The notes under the pieces were generated by a model. That model ran no database searches. It was not told where the DNA came from and saw only the letters and a list, made by a program, of their open reading frames with translations. Positions 48,240 to 61,011 of a stretch of 64,000 bases of DNA are shown here, piece by piece. Source of the DNA: Chiloscyllium plagiosum (Eukaryota); NCBI RefSeq assembly GCF_004010195.1, contig NC_057757.1:3295851-3359850 (forward strand), in the 5' to 3' direction. A program made the translations under genes and the position numbers. The stretch's first letter is position 1. Every line of letters begins with the position of its first letter.

Positions 48240-49313
48240 GGCCACCACCCTCTGCATGAAAAGGTTGCCCCTCATGTCCCTCTTGAATCTTTCCCTTCTC
48301 ACCTTAAACCTCTGCCTCTAGTTTTAAACCCCATCTATCCTGGGGAAAAACCTCGCCTATTCACCATGTACATGCCCCTTGGTATTTTCCAAACCTACAC
48401 TCCAGATTTTAAAAAAAGTCCCAACTTATCCAGCTTTGCCTTATAACTCAAACCCTCCAGTCCTGAAAACATCCTTGTAAATCTTTCCTGCACCCTTTCC
48501 AATTTCACAATATCCTTCCTAAAGAAGGGAGACTGGAACTGAACGCAGGGCCAAGGGGGGGCAGATGGAGTTTAATTTAGATAAATGCAAGGTGTTGCAT
48601 TTTGATAAGTCAAACCAGAGCAGGATCATACACTTAATGGTAGGACCTGGGGCAGTGTTGTCAAACAGAGAGACCTGGAAGTCTAGGTATGTAGTTCCTA
48701 GGTACATAGGTAGACAGGGTAGTGAAGAAGGCATTTGGCACGCTTCTCTTCATTGTTCAGAGTATTGGGTATATGAGTTGGGTTATCATGTACAACACAT
48801 TGGTAAGGCTACTTTTGGAATACAGCATTCAGTTCCAATCTCCCTTCTTTAGGAAGTATATTATGAAATTGGAAAGGGTGCAGGAAAGGTTGTATAGGAT
48901 GTTGGTGAGGTCTCTTCAGGAATACTGTGTCCTGTTCTTGTCACCCTGCAATAGGAAGGATATTAACTTGGAAAGGATTCAGAAGAGATTTACCAGGATG
49001 CTGCCAGAAATGGAACATTTCAGTTATAAGGAGAGGCTGGATGGGCTGGGACTTTTTTCACAGGAGCTCAGGGGTTCAAGGTTTATAAAATTATGAGGGT
49101 TACGATTAGGTGAATAGGATGGGGGATTTCAAGACTAGGGAGCATAGTTTTAGGGTGAGAGGAGAAAGATTTTAAAATGACATGGGGGCAATTTGTTTTA
49201 CACAGAGAGTGGTTCATGTGTGGAATGAACTTCTGCAGGAAGTGATGGATGCGGGTATAATTATAATATTTAAAAGACATTTGGATAATTACATAAATAG
49301 GAAAGGTTTAGAG
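48240..49313. mobile_element. CR1 fragments (48240-48545 -; 48550-49313 +, resuming at 52451-52562)
   Basis: MEFNLDKCKVLHF, FTQRVVHVWNEL. Confidence 0.88.
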
Positions 49314-52300
49314 AAATGGTGCAGGAGGGAGAGTTTTGGATTCTTGGATAATTGGGGCTCTTTCTGGGGTAGGTGGGACCTCTACAAGCAGGATGGTCTT
49401 CATCTGAACAGAGGGGGACCAATATCCTGGGGGGGGGGGGAATTCGCTAAGGCTATTGGGGTGGGTTTAAACTAATCCAGCAGAGGGATGGGAACCAAAA
49501 TTGTAGTTCGAGTATAGAAAAGGTTGAGAGTAGGGAGGTCTGAAATCAAGTTTCGGGGATGCAAAATGGCACTGGCAAGCAAGAAGTTAGTTTGAAGTGT
49601 GTCTACTTCAACACCAGGAGCATCTGGAATAAGGTGGGTGAACTTGCAGCATGGGTTGGTACCTGGGACTTTGATGTTGTGGCCATTTCAGAGACATGGA
49701 TAGAGCAGGGACAGGAATGGTTGTTGCAGGTTCCAGGATTTAGATGTTTCAGTAAGAACAGAGAAGATGGTAACAGAGGGGGAGGTGTGGCATTGTTGGT
49801 TAAGGACAATATTACAGTTGCAGAAAGGATGTTTGGGGACTCGTCAACTGAGGTAGTATGGGCTGAGGTTAGAAACAGGAAATGAGAGGTCACCCTGTTG
49901 GGAGTTTTCTATAGGCCTCCGAATAGTTCCAGAGATGTAGAGGAAAGGATAGTAAAGATAATTCTCGATAGGAGTGAGAGAGACAGAGTAGTTGTCATGG
50001 GGGACTTCAACTTTCCAAATATTGACTGGGAACACTATAGTACGAGTACTATAGATGGGTCAGTTTTTGTCCGGTGTGTGCAGGAGGGCTGGCCAGGTAT
50101 GAGACAGGCCAACAAGGGGCAAAGCCACATTATATTTGGTACTGGGTAATGAGCCCGGCCAGATGTTAGACTTGGAAGTAGGTGAGCACTTCGGTGATAG
50201 CGATCACAATTCTGTTATGTTTACTGTGGTGATAGAAAGGGATAGGTGTCTACCACTGGGCAAGAGTTACAGCTGGGGGAAAGGCAATTACGATGCGATT
50301 AGGCAAGATTTAGGAAGCATAGGATGGGGAAGGAAACTGCAGGGGATGGGCACAGTAGAAATGTGGAGCTTATTCAAGGAAAAGCTCCTGTATGTCCTAG
50401 ATAAGTATGTAGTGGTCAGGCAGGGGGGAAGCTGTAGAGCGCGGGAGCTGTGGTTTATGAAGGAAGTGGAATCTCTGGCCAAGAGGAAGAAGAAGGCTTA
50501 TGTTAGGATGAGATGTGAAAGCTCAGGTAGGGCGCTTGAGGGTTAGAAGGTAGCCAGGAAAGACCTAAAGAGAGAGCTCAGAAGAGCCAGGAGGAGACAT
50601 GAGAAGTTGTTGGTGGATAGGATCAGGGTAAACCCTAAGGCTTTCTATAAGTATTTAAGGAATAAAAGAATGACGAGAGTAAGATTAGGGCCAATCGAGG
50701 ATAGTAGTGGGAAGTTATGTGTGGAGTCAGAGGAGATAGGGGAAGCACTAAATGAATATTTTTCGACAGTATTCACTCTAGAAAACGACAATGTTGTAAG
50801 GAGAATACTGAGATACAGGCTACTAGATTAGGTGGAATTGAAGTTCACAAGGAAGAGGTATTAGAAATCCTGCAGAGTGTGGAAATAGATAAGTCCCCTG
50901 GGCCCGATGGGATTTATCTTAGTATCCTCTGGGAAGCCAGAGAGGAGATTGCCGAGCCTTTGACATTGATCTTTAAATCGTCATTGTCTATGGGAATAGT
51001 GCCAGAAGACTGGAGGATAGCAAATGTGGTTCCCCTGTTCAAGAAGGGGAGTAGAGACAACCCTGGTAATTATAGACCAGTGAGCCTTACTTCAGTTGTT
51101 GGTAAAGTGTTGGAAAACGTTATAAGAGATAGGGTTTATAATCATCTAGAAAAGAATAATTTGATTAGGGATAGTCAGCACGGTTTTGTGAAGGGTAGGT
51201 CATGCCTCACAAACCTTATTGAGTTCTTTGAGAAGGTGACCAAACAGATAGATGAGAGTAAACTGGTTGATGTGGTGTATATGGATTTCAGCAAGGCGCT
51301 CGATAAGGTTCCCCACAGTAGGCTATTGTACAAAATGCAGAGGAATGGGATTGTGGGAGATGTAGCAGTTTGGATCAGTAATTGGCTTGCTGAAGGAAGA
51401 CAGAGGGTGGTGGCTGATGGGAAATGTTCATTCTGGAGTCCAGTTACCAGTGGTGTACCGCAAGGGTCAGTGTTGGATCCACTTTGTTCATCATTTTTAT
51501 AAATGACCTGGATGAGGGCGTAGACGAGTGAGTTAGTAAATTTGCAGATGACACTAAGGTCAGTGGAGTTGTGGATAGTGACGAAGGATGTTGTAGGTTA
51601 CAGAGAGACATAGATAAGCTGCAGAGCTGGGCTGAGAGGTGGCAAATGGAGTTTAATGCAGACAAGTGTGAGGTGATTCACTTTGGTCGGAGTAACCGGA
51701 ATGCAAAGTACTGGGCTAATGATAAGATTCTTGGTAGTGTAGATGTGCAGAGAGATCTCGGTGTCCATGTACGCAGATCCTTGAAAGATACCACTGAGGT
51801 TGAAAACAGAAGTTGCTGAAAACTTCTGTTAAGAAGGCATACAGTGTTTTATCTTTTATTAATTGAGGGATCGTGTTCCGGAACCATGAGGTTATGCTAC
51901 AGCTGTACAAAGCTCTGGTGCGGCTGCACTTGGAGTATTGTGTACAGTTCTGGTCACCGCATTATAAGAAGGATGTGGAAGCTTTGGAAAGGGTGCAGAG
52001 GAGATTTAATAGGATGTGGCCTGGTATAGAGGGAAGGTCTTACGAGGAAAGGCTGATGGACTTGAGGCTGTTTTCATTGGAGAGAAGAAGATTGAGAGGT
52101 GACTTAATAGAGACATATAAGATAATCAGAGGGTTAGATAGGGTGGACAGGGAGAGCCTTTTTCCAAGTATGGTGACGGTGAGCATGAGGGGGCATAGCT
52201 TTAAATTGAGGGGTGATACATATAGGACAGATCTCAGAGGTAGTTCCTTTACTCAGAGAGAGTAGAATGGGTATGGAATGCTTTGCCTGCAACGGTAGTA

Positions 52301-52450
52301 GATTCGCCAACTTTAAGTACATTTAAGTCGTCATTGAACAAACATATGGACATACATGTAGGTTAGATGGGCTTCAGATTGGTATGACAGGTCGGCGCAA
52401 CACCGAGGGCCGAAGGGGGCCTGTTCTGAGCTGTAATGTTCTATGTTCTA
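49314..52450 (+). mobile_element. 5'-truncated CR1 LINE: ORF1 esterase C-terminus, disrupted ORF2 (APE + RT), 3' UTR
   Basis: WDLYKQDGLHLN (SGNH-type), [41 protein letters not shown] (51538-51558); stops at 49883 and 50544; TTCTATG tail. Confidence 0.97.
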
Positions 52451-52698
52451 TAGATATGGGGCAGGAGCAGGCAGGTGGGATTAGTTTAGTTTGCAATTAT
52501 GGTCAGCATGGACTGGTTGGACCGAAGGGTCTGTTTCTGTGCTGTATAACTCTATGACTCTATTGAATCAATGATTTAACTTTATTGCATGCAGCAGCCA
52601 AAATAAGATCCCTCAAGTGAGCAAGTTCAAGCTCACAACTCAGCTTGACTATTATCCAATTAATGGTGGAAGCTCGCCAGGATTTCAACCAACAGTGT

Positions 52699-52903
52699 TA
52701 CCATTTCAGATTCAGTGACCCTTCCTCAGAACCGATGGGTCTACTACCACAAACACCACCACAATCTGTTCTGAGGAAGGGTCACTGAACCCAAAACATT
52801 AACTCTGATTTCTCTCCACAGATGCTGCCAGACCTGCTGAGCTTTTCCAGCAACTTCTGTTTTCATTTTGGATTTACAGCATCCGCAATTCATTCAATGT
52901 TTT
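52699..52903. mobile_element. Fold-back Penelope-derived insertion (variant D) with 16-bp TSD
   Basis: TTTCAACCAACAGTGT at 52683-52698 and 52904-52919; TTCAGTGACCCTTCCTCAGAAC / GTTCTGAGGAAGGGTCACTGAA inverted. Confidence 0.88.
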
Positions 52904-53624
52904 TTTCAACCAACAGTGTCCATCTCTGGAAGTGTCCAGGGTTTGTTCCTTGTGCAGTGTTGTTCCCTAAAGTTCTGCTGCTGAATTGTTCTGCTGTTGG
53001 ATGGCTGTTTTCTCCCTCATTAAGTCTGTGTGGGACGTTCTTGATGATTCTTTCATCCCTAACATTGATGACACTTCCGGAGACCTCAAGTCTGTAGCTT
53101 GCCTATTTTATCAGAAGAAGCTCCCTTGTTCTTTGTAACATTCGGGGTTAGCTGTCTGTTTAAGATACAGTTTTTCCTGCAATTAATGCCCTTAGCTTCA
53201 GGACACTGTTTTGGTGGACAGTCTAAATGGCCCATTTGTCATGAGGTTCCTGCCTATCATGCAGTTGTTAACCCCTGTCTCCCAGGAACCAGCCTGTTTA
53301 TGGTGTTTCTTCCCAGAGATGGTTAATTCTCATGCTGCTGTTCATTTCTTTACAACAGCTGCTCATTGTCCCTTTCATCTCTGGAAACATTCGATCCCCA
53401 AAAGAACTGTTGCTGATTTTTTCAACTTTCTGAAGTTTACATTGGCACACTGTACTCTCCTGGATCAGAGCCAGAAACACTGTCACTGAACTGCAAGATA
53501 CATTGCAGGGAAAGCTTGACAAACAAATGAAGGAATAAAGGAACAGAAGGATATAAATAGAGTGAGATAGAGGGAGGTGGATGGTGCTGCTTGCACACTG
53601 TAAATATTGGCATCCATCAATTGC

Positions 53625-53730
53625 ACGGAACAAAGTAGACAAACAGGAGGCTGGGAGAACACAACAAGCCAGGCAGTATCAGGAGGTGGAGAAATCAACA
53701 TTTCAAGTATTAACCCTTCGTCAGCACTGA
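53625..53730 (-). mobile_element. Decayed PLE tail with hammerhead remnant
   Basis: rc CTGACGA-A-GGGT-TAAT-ACTT-GAAAT-GTT. Confidence 0.65.
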
Positions 53731-53811
53731 TCAACCTGCCTTACTGTTGCAAATACTCTCTCACAGACTTTCCTGAGCACAGTGGCTCTGTGGGTAGCAG
53801 GGAGTCATAGG

Positions 53812-53853
53812 CGAAAACGACAAATGCTAGAGATCACAGCGGGTCGGACAGCA

Positions 53854-53884
<31 letters not shown>

Positions 53885-53922
53885 CAAGCTAATGGTTCAA
53901 GTCTAGTGACTCTTCATCAGAG
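53812..53922 (-). mobile_element. Decayed PLE tail with hammerhead remnant and (GA)n
   Basis: rc CTGATGA-A-GAGTC-ACTA-GACTT-GAACC-ATT. Confidence 0.65.
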
Positions 53923-54092
53923 GGGCGGCACAGTCGTTCAGTAGTTAGTACTGCTACCTCACAGTGCCAGGGACCCGGGTTTGATTTCCAGCCTTAGGCA
54001 ACTGTCTGTGGAGTTTGCACATTCTCCCCGTGTCTGCGTGGGTTTCCTCCGGGTGCTCCGGTTTCCTCCCACAGTCCAAAGATGTGCAGGTC
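53923..54092 (+). mobile_element. HE1-type SINE 5' half (cut by gap)
   Basis: GGGCGGCACAG head and V-domain. Confidence 0.92.
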
Positions 54093-55074
54093 NNNNNNNN
54101 NNNNNNNNNNNNNNNNNNNNNNNNNNNNNNNNNNNNNNNNNNNNNNNNNNNNNNNNNNNNNNNNNNNNNNNNNNNNNNNNNNNNNNNNNNNNNNNNNNNN
54201 NNNNNNNNNNNNNNNNNNNNNNNNNNNNNNNNNNNNNNNNNNNNNNNNNNNNNNNNNNNNNNNNNNNNNNNNNNNNNNNNNNNNNNNNNNNNNNNNNNNN
54301 NNNNNNNNNNNNNNNNNNNNNNNNNNNNNNNNNNNNNNNNNNNNNNNNNNNNNNNNNNNNNNNNNNNNNNNNNNNNNNNNNNNNNNNNNNNNNNNNNNNN
54401 NNNNNNNNNNNNNNNNNNNNNNNNNNNNNNNNNNNNNNNNNNNNNNNNNNNNNNNNNNNNNNNNNNNNNNNNNNNNNNNNNNNNNNNNNNNNNNNNNNNN
54501 NNNNNNNNNNNNNNNNNNNNNNNNNNNNNNNNNNNNNNNNNNNNNNNNNNNNNNNNNNNNNNNNNNNNNNNNNNNNNNNNNNNNNNNNNNNNNNNNNNNN
54601 NNNNNNNNNNNNNNNNNNNNNNNNNNNNNNNNNNNNNNNNNNNNNNNNNNNNNNNNNNNNNNNNNNNNNNNNNNNNNNNNNNNNNNNNNNNNNNNNNNNN
54701 NNNNNNNNNNNNNNNNNNNNNNNNNNNNNNNNNNNNNNNNNNNNNNNNNNNNNNNNNNNNNNNNNNNNNNNNNNNNNNNNNNNNNNNNNNNNNNNNNNNN
54801 NNNNNNNNNNNNNNNNNNNNNNNNNNNNNNNNNNNNNNNNNNNNNNNNNNNNNNNNNNNNNNNNNNNNNNNNNNNNNNNNNNNNNNNNNNNNNNNNNNNN
54901 NNNNNNNNNNNNNNNNNNNNNNNNNNNNNNNNNNNNNNNNNNNNNNNNNNNNNNNNNNNNNNNNNNNNNNNNNNNNNNNNNNNNNNNNNNNNNNNNNNNN
55001 NNNNNNNNNNNNNNNNNNNNNNNNNNNNNNNNNNNNNNNNNNNNNNNNNNNNNNNNNNNNNNNNNNNNNNNNNN
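54093..55074. other. Assembly gap (N run)
   Basis: Run of n. Confidence 1.
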
Positions 55075-56787
55075 CACCATATGCTTTCTTAACAACCCTA
55101 TCCACTTGGGTGGCAACTTTGAGGGATCTATGTACTTGCACACCCAGATCCCTCTGTTCCTCCACACTGCCAAGAATCCTGTCTTTAATCCTATATTCAG
55201 CATTCGAGTTTGACCTTCCAAAATGCATCACTTCACATTTATCCAGGTTGTACTCCATCTGGCATTTCTCAGCCCAGCTCTGCATCCTGTCAATGTCACA
55301 TTGCAGCCTGCAGTAGTCTTCTAAACAATCGACGACACCTCCAACCTTTGTGTCATCTGCAAATTTACTAACCCACCTTCTCATCCAAGTCATTTATAAA
55401 AACTACAAAGAGCAGAGGCCCAAGAACAGAGCCCTGCGGGACCCCACTCAACACTGACCTACAGGCAGAATACTTCCCATCTACAACCACTCTCTGTCTT
55501 CTGTCAGCCAGCCAATTCTGAATCCAGATAGCCAAATCTCCCTGTATCCCATATTTCCTGACTTTATGAATGAGCCTACCATGGGGAACCCTATCAAATG
55601 CCATATACACCACATCCACAGCTTGACCGTTGTCAACCTGTCTTGACACCTCATCAAAGAACTCAATAAGATTTGTGAGGCATGACCTGCCCCTCACAAA
55701 GCAATGCTGACTGCCTTTAATCACATTATGCTTTGCCAAATAGTCATAAATCTTATCCCTCCGAATTCTTTCCAAAACTTTGCCGACCACAGACATAAGA
55801 CTGACTGGTCTGTAAGTGCCAGGGATTTCCCTATTACCCTTCTTAAAAAGAGGAACAACATTTGCCTCCTTCCAGTCCTCCGGTACGACTCCTGTGGGGA
55901 GTGATGAGGCAAATATCCTCGCCAGCGGCTTAGCAACCTCCTTTCTCGCTTCCCGGAGCAGCCTAGGAAAAATCTGGTCTGGCTCTTGGGACTTATCAAT
56001 CTTAATGTTTTCAAACATTTCTAGCACATCAACTTCATCAATCTTGATCTGGTTAAGCCTGTATCCCATTTCCTCTAAGTTTTTATTTACAACAAGTTCC
56101 CTTTCCTGAGTGAAAACCGAAGCAAAAAACTCATTTAGGGCTTCCCCTATCTGCTCAGACTCCATGCTCAAGTTCCCTCCGCTATCCCTGATTGGCCCTA
56201 CCTTCTCCTTGATCATTCTTTTATTCCTCATGTATGAGTAAAATGCCTTTGGGTTCTCCCTAATCCTTCTTGCCAAGCCTTTATCGTGCTCCCTCCTGGC
56301 TCTCCTTAGTCCATTTCTGAGCTCCTTTCTAGCATGCCTGTAATCCTCTAAAGCTGTGCTAGATCCTTGCTTCCTCCACCTTATGTAAGCTGCCTTCTTC
56401 TTTTGACAAGAAGTTCCTCTGTTCTCATCATCCAAGACTCCTTAATCTTACCCCTTCTTACCTGCCTCAGAGGAACAAACTTGTGCATCACTCGCAACAA
56501 CTGCTCTTAAATAGTCTCCACATGTCTGCTGTGCCCGAACTGTGGAACAATTGCTCCCATTCTGTACTTCCCAACTCCTGTCTGACAGCGTCATAATTTC
56601 CTTTTCCCCAATTAAATATCTTCCCTTGGTAACTGCTACTTTCATTCTCCAAGACTATGCTAAATGTGAGGCAGTTGTGATCACTGTCACTAAAGTGCTG
56701 TCCCACTGTGAGATCTGACACCTGTCCTGGCTCGTTGCCAAGCACCAAATCCGAAATGGCCTCTCCCCTCGTCGGCCTGTCTACATA
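55075..56787 (-). mobile_element. CR1 ORF2 fragment (end of APE, tether, RT)
   Basis: 355-aa open segment with [31 protein letters not shown] upstream; SKFADDTK downstream in a shifted frame. Confidence 0.96.
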
Positions 56788-57584
56788 ACGAGGCTAAATG
56801 ATCACCGTTGATTTATTCTGCTGTGTTAAAATTGTCTGCATTACAGCAGTGACCATGAAAGCAGAGACCATTGTGAGACAGCAAAAAGGCACTACATAAA
56901 TGAAAGTCCTCACGTTTGGTCCTTTAAGCTCTCCCCAAGAGATGACACCTTTGAAGGGAGGTGGCTGCTGAATTATCGGAGCCTTTGAGTCTGTAATAAA
57001 TGACAAAAGTCAAGGGTTACGCTGCACCGAAGGCAAGTCAATCTGTGAAATTATACATTAGGCACTGGCTTGCAGTACAATTCAGAGACGCCTACTCAAA
57101 CCAACTTCGTGACAAATGGTTCTTTAAAAGTGTGACATTAGATGGTGCAGAGGAAGGTTATAAATATTGCGAGTGTCTTATCTCCATTCACATCTGCCTA
57201 TTGCATATATTTCAGCATCAAACATCAAAGATTATACACAGATCAAAGCTACCCTATTTACAACAGATTTTGCATTTCAACTTTGATGTGGCCTCTCTCC
57301 TTTTAACTACGTATTTGCTCTTTCCACCCATGTTTCCGCCTGATCAGTTATTCCTCTTGCTAAAGGAGGAATTAGCATCTCACTGATTGAGGCTACTTAA
57401 CCAAGTTGTATCCATGTTGGCCGTCTGGAAGAGCTATCGAATCAATCCCCACTTCTTCATTCTCCATACGGATTCTGTCCTATTCATGTGCTTAGTCAAT
57501 TCTCCTTTTGGAAGATAATGGTCAATCTTTCTAGACAATGGAGTATCTCAAATTGTAATGGGTTGGAATTTTTTTTTGAACATC

Positions 57585-58162
57585 GTAGATTCTCCACAGT
57601 GTGGAAACAGGCCATTCGGCCCATCGAGTTCGCACCAATCCTCCATAGAGCATCTCACCCAAATCTACCCCATCCCCATGGCCAACCCACTTAACCTGCA
57701 CACCTGCATATGATGGGTCAATTTAGCACAGCCAGCCCACCTTAACATGCACATCACATCCCCAGGCACTATGGGACGACTTAGCACGGCCAATCCACCC
57801 TAATGTGCACATCCCTGGGCACTATGGGACAATTTAGCACGGCCAATCCACCCTAACCTGCACATCCCTGGGCACTATGGGACAACTTAGCACAGTCAAT
57901 CCACCCTAACCTGCACATTCCTGGATGCTATGGGGCAATTTAACACGGCCAATCCATCCTAATCTACACATCCCTGGAAACTATGAAACAATTTAGCACG
58001 GCCAATCCAACCTAACCTGCACATCTTTGGACTGTGGGAGGAAACCCATGCAGACACGGGGAGAATGTGCAAACTCCACACAGTCGCCCAAGGCTGGAAT
58101 CAAACGCAGGTCTCTAGCACTGTGAGGTAGCAGTGCCAGCCACTGAGCCACCATGCCACCCT
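57585..58162 (-). mobile_element. HE1 SINE with ~6-7 internal 53-bp units
   Basis: Repeated TTAGCACGGCCAATCCACCCTAACCTGCACATCCCTGG. Confidence 0.92.
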
Positions 58163-58274
58163 TACAGGGAACAATACAGCGCAGGCTTTAAATATCTAAC
58201 AGAACATGTACATATAGCAATCAATGTGCAAGTCCTGGTGTTGCTGTCAAATAAGTGACTTTTCTCACCTACCT

Positions 58275-58923
58275 CCTTGAAAGTGATGTCACAGGTAGAC
58301 AGGGTAGTGAAGAAGGCATTTGGTTCACTTGTCTTCACTGATCAGTACATCGAGTATAGGAGTTGGGAGGTCATGTTGCAGCTGTACAGGACACTGTTGA
58401 GGCCACTTCTGGAATATTGCATACAATTCTGTTCACCCTGCTCGAGAAAGGATATTATTAAGATGGAAAGGGTGCAGAAAAGATGTACAAGGATGCTCCC
58501 AAGGCTGGAGGGTTTGAGTGATAAGGAGAGGCTAAATAGGCTGGAGCTGTTTTCCCTGGAGCATTGGAGGCTGAGGGGTGACTTTACAGAGGTTTACAAA
58601 ATCCTGGATAGGTTATATACAAGTTCTTTTCCCTGGGGTGGGGAGTCCAGAACTAGAGGGCATAGGTTCAGGATGAGAGGGGATAGATATAAAAGGGACT
58701 TATGGGGGAACCTTTTCACACAGAGGGTGGTACGTGTACAGAATGAACTGCCGGAGGAAGTGGTGGAGGCTGGTACAATGACAACATTTAAAAGGCATCT
58801 GGATGGGCATGCAAATAGAAAGAGTTTAGAGGGATATGGGCCAAATGAGGATACCTGGTCAGCTTGGAAGTGTTGGACCAAAGGGTCTGTTTCCGTGCTT
58901 TGCATCTCGCTGACTCTATGACT
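58275..58923 (+). mobile_element. CR1 3' fragment
   Basis: 214-aa RT C-terminal frame LYRTLLRPLLEYCIQF...TFKRHLD. Confidence 0.93.
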
Positions 58924-60269
58924 TTAAGTGCTGGGAAGTTGGGACTAGTGTAGATAGGTGATAAGGATATATTGGCCTTGGAGGAAGAACAACATACGTT
59001 CATAGGAATAATACATGGACTTCAGTGGTTAAGATTATGAGGAGAGATTGTGCAAAGTAGAACTACTTGCCCTAGAACCTAGAAGGTTAAGGTATAATCT
59101 CATCAAGGAATTAGCAGGAAAAGACAGGGGAGATTACAAAATAAAACTTTTTCCATTATTCTAGAACTAGAGGGTATAGTCTGAGAATTAGGGCCAAGCT
59201 GTTCAGGAGAGACATTAGGAAGCACTTCCACATACAGAGGGTGGGAGAGGTTTGGAACTCTCTTCCAAAACTGCAAGCAACTGGGACTAATTTAGTTTTG
59301 GAAACCTGGTTGGCATGGACTATTTGGGCCAAAGGGCCTTTTTCTCTGCTGTTTGACTGTATTGACATTGTATGGAATGAGTCAAATGCAACTCGAAGCT
59401 CCCATGCTTCGACTGGTAGACCAGTCGATTGGGGAAAGGAGGCCATTCAGCTTAAAGTTCTAGTGCTAGCTCTTTGATACGGCTTATCCAGCTAGCTCTC
59501 CCTCCCCGCGTAACCAATTACTGTGGACTGAAATCACCTCAAAATATGTCAGTTTGTTTAAGTCCATTCTTTATGGACTTGATGCTAAGCATTAGTCACT
59601 GCCAATCTGTCTCTATGACTCTGAAAATTAATTTGTTTTACAAATGGAGAGTCACACGCCTCTTTAAACTTTAGAAATTGCGTTCTTGTTTCTGTAATCT
59701 TTTATTCCCACTCTCATATTTTACCTTTACCATCTGATTCATCCTTGACTTTATTATTCAAACTGACATATCATAGACTGTGTGACTCAGCGATGATTCT
59801 CCAATCTGACTGCTTAATGACATCCACAGGAATTGGTTGTAGACACTCAGGCTGTGATTATCCTGAGGCACAAAAAAGGAAAATTCTCTGTAGTTTGTTG
59901 GGTTTTGTTTTTGCATCTTTAATTTATTGAAAGGAGAAATATAACATCTCATCTCTTTGCCTTGCATTCATCACATCCATGCAAGAAAGCCAAATTTCAA
60001 ACAATTTCTATTGCAGATGAAATGATTGGTCGTCAAGTTGACTCTAATTGGCTGGGGTGTCACCATGGAGAAAGTGACAGGCGACATCTCAGCCAATCAG
60101 AGTAAACCGTGCAACTGTAGCGAACCCCAGTTTACTGTGGTATAGCTTGTAATGAGCCAATCAGGGTAAAACTTGCAAACAAATAGCACCTTTTCTACTA
60201 TGGGAAAGATTGTATTGATCATTTGAAATTTGGCAATCCTCATGAGTGCAAAATGTAAAGCTAGCATCT

Positions 60270-61010
60270 CTCGGTGGTTAAAAGGGCAATTAGCACATTT
60301 GCCTTCATTGCTCGGTCCTTTGAATATAGGAGTTGGGAAGTCATGTCGAGATTGTAGGGGACATTGGTGAGGCCTCTTCTGGAATACTGTGTCCTGTTTG
60401 CTTGCCCAGTTATAAGGAGAATGTTGTTAAGCTGGAGAGGGTTCAGAAGAGATTTACCAGGATCTTGCTGGGCGTGGAAGATTTGAGTTACTAAGAAAGG
60501 TTGGGGAGGCTGGGACTTTTTCGACTGGAGTTTAGGAGGTTGAGAAGTTATAAAATAACAAGAGATATAGATACAGTTAATAGCAGGTGTCTTTTCCCTC
60601 GGATGGAGGATTTCAAGACTAGGGGACAGATTTTTCAGATGAGAGAACGAAGATTTAAAAAAGACTTGAGGGGCAAGCTTTCTACACAGAGCGTGGTTCA
60701 TGTGTGTAAAGAACTTTCACAGGAAGTGGTGGATGTGGGCACAATTACAATATTTAAAAGATATTTGGATAAGTACATGAATATAGAATCATAGAGTCAC
60801 AGAAATGTACAGCACGGAAACAGACCCTTCGGCCCAACCCGTCCATGCCGACCAGATATCCCAACCCAATCTAGTCCTCCCTGCCAGCGCCCGGCCCATA
60901 TCCCTCCAAACCCTTCCTGTTCATACACCCTAGTATGAAAGGCTTGGAGGTTTATGGGCCAAGTGCAAGCAGGTGGGACTAGTTTAATTTGGGATTATGG
61001 TCAGCACGGA
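60270..61010. mobile_element. CR1 3' fragment (+) with a nested CR1 tail (60785-60930, -)
   Basis: LFRLEFRRLR...FKRYLDKYMN; ATAGAATCATAGAGTCA tail. Confidence 0.88.
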
Positions 61011-61011
61011 C

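Noticed and set aside
59990..60270. CCAAT-rich promoter, or a further hammerhead (CCTCATGAGTGCAAAATGTAAAGCT)
   Set aside because: It resembles segments at 3320-3560 and 23050-23240, so it is probably an old dispersed repeat; the core is too decayed to call.
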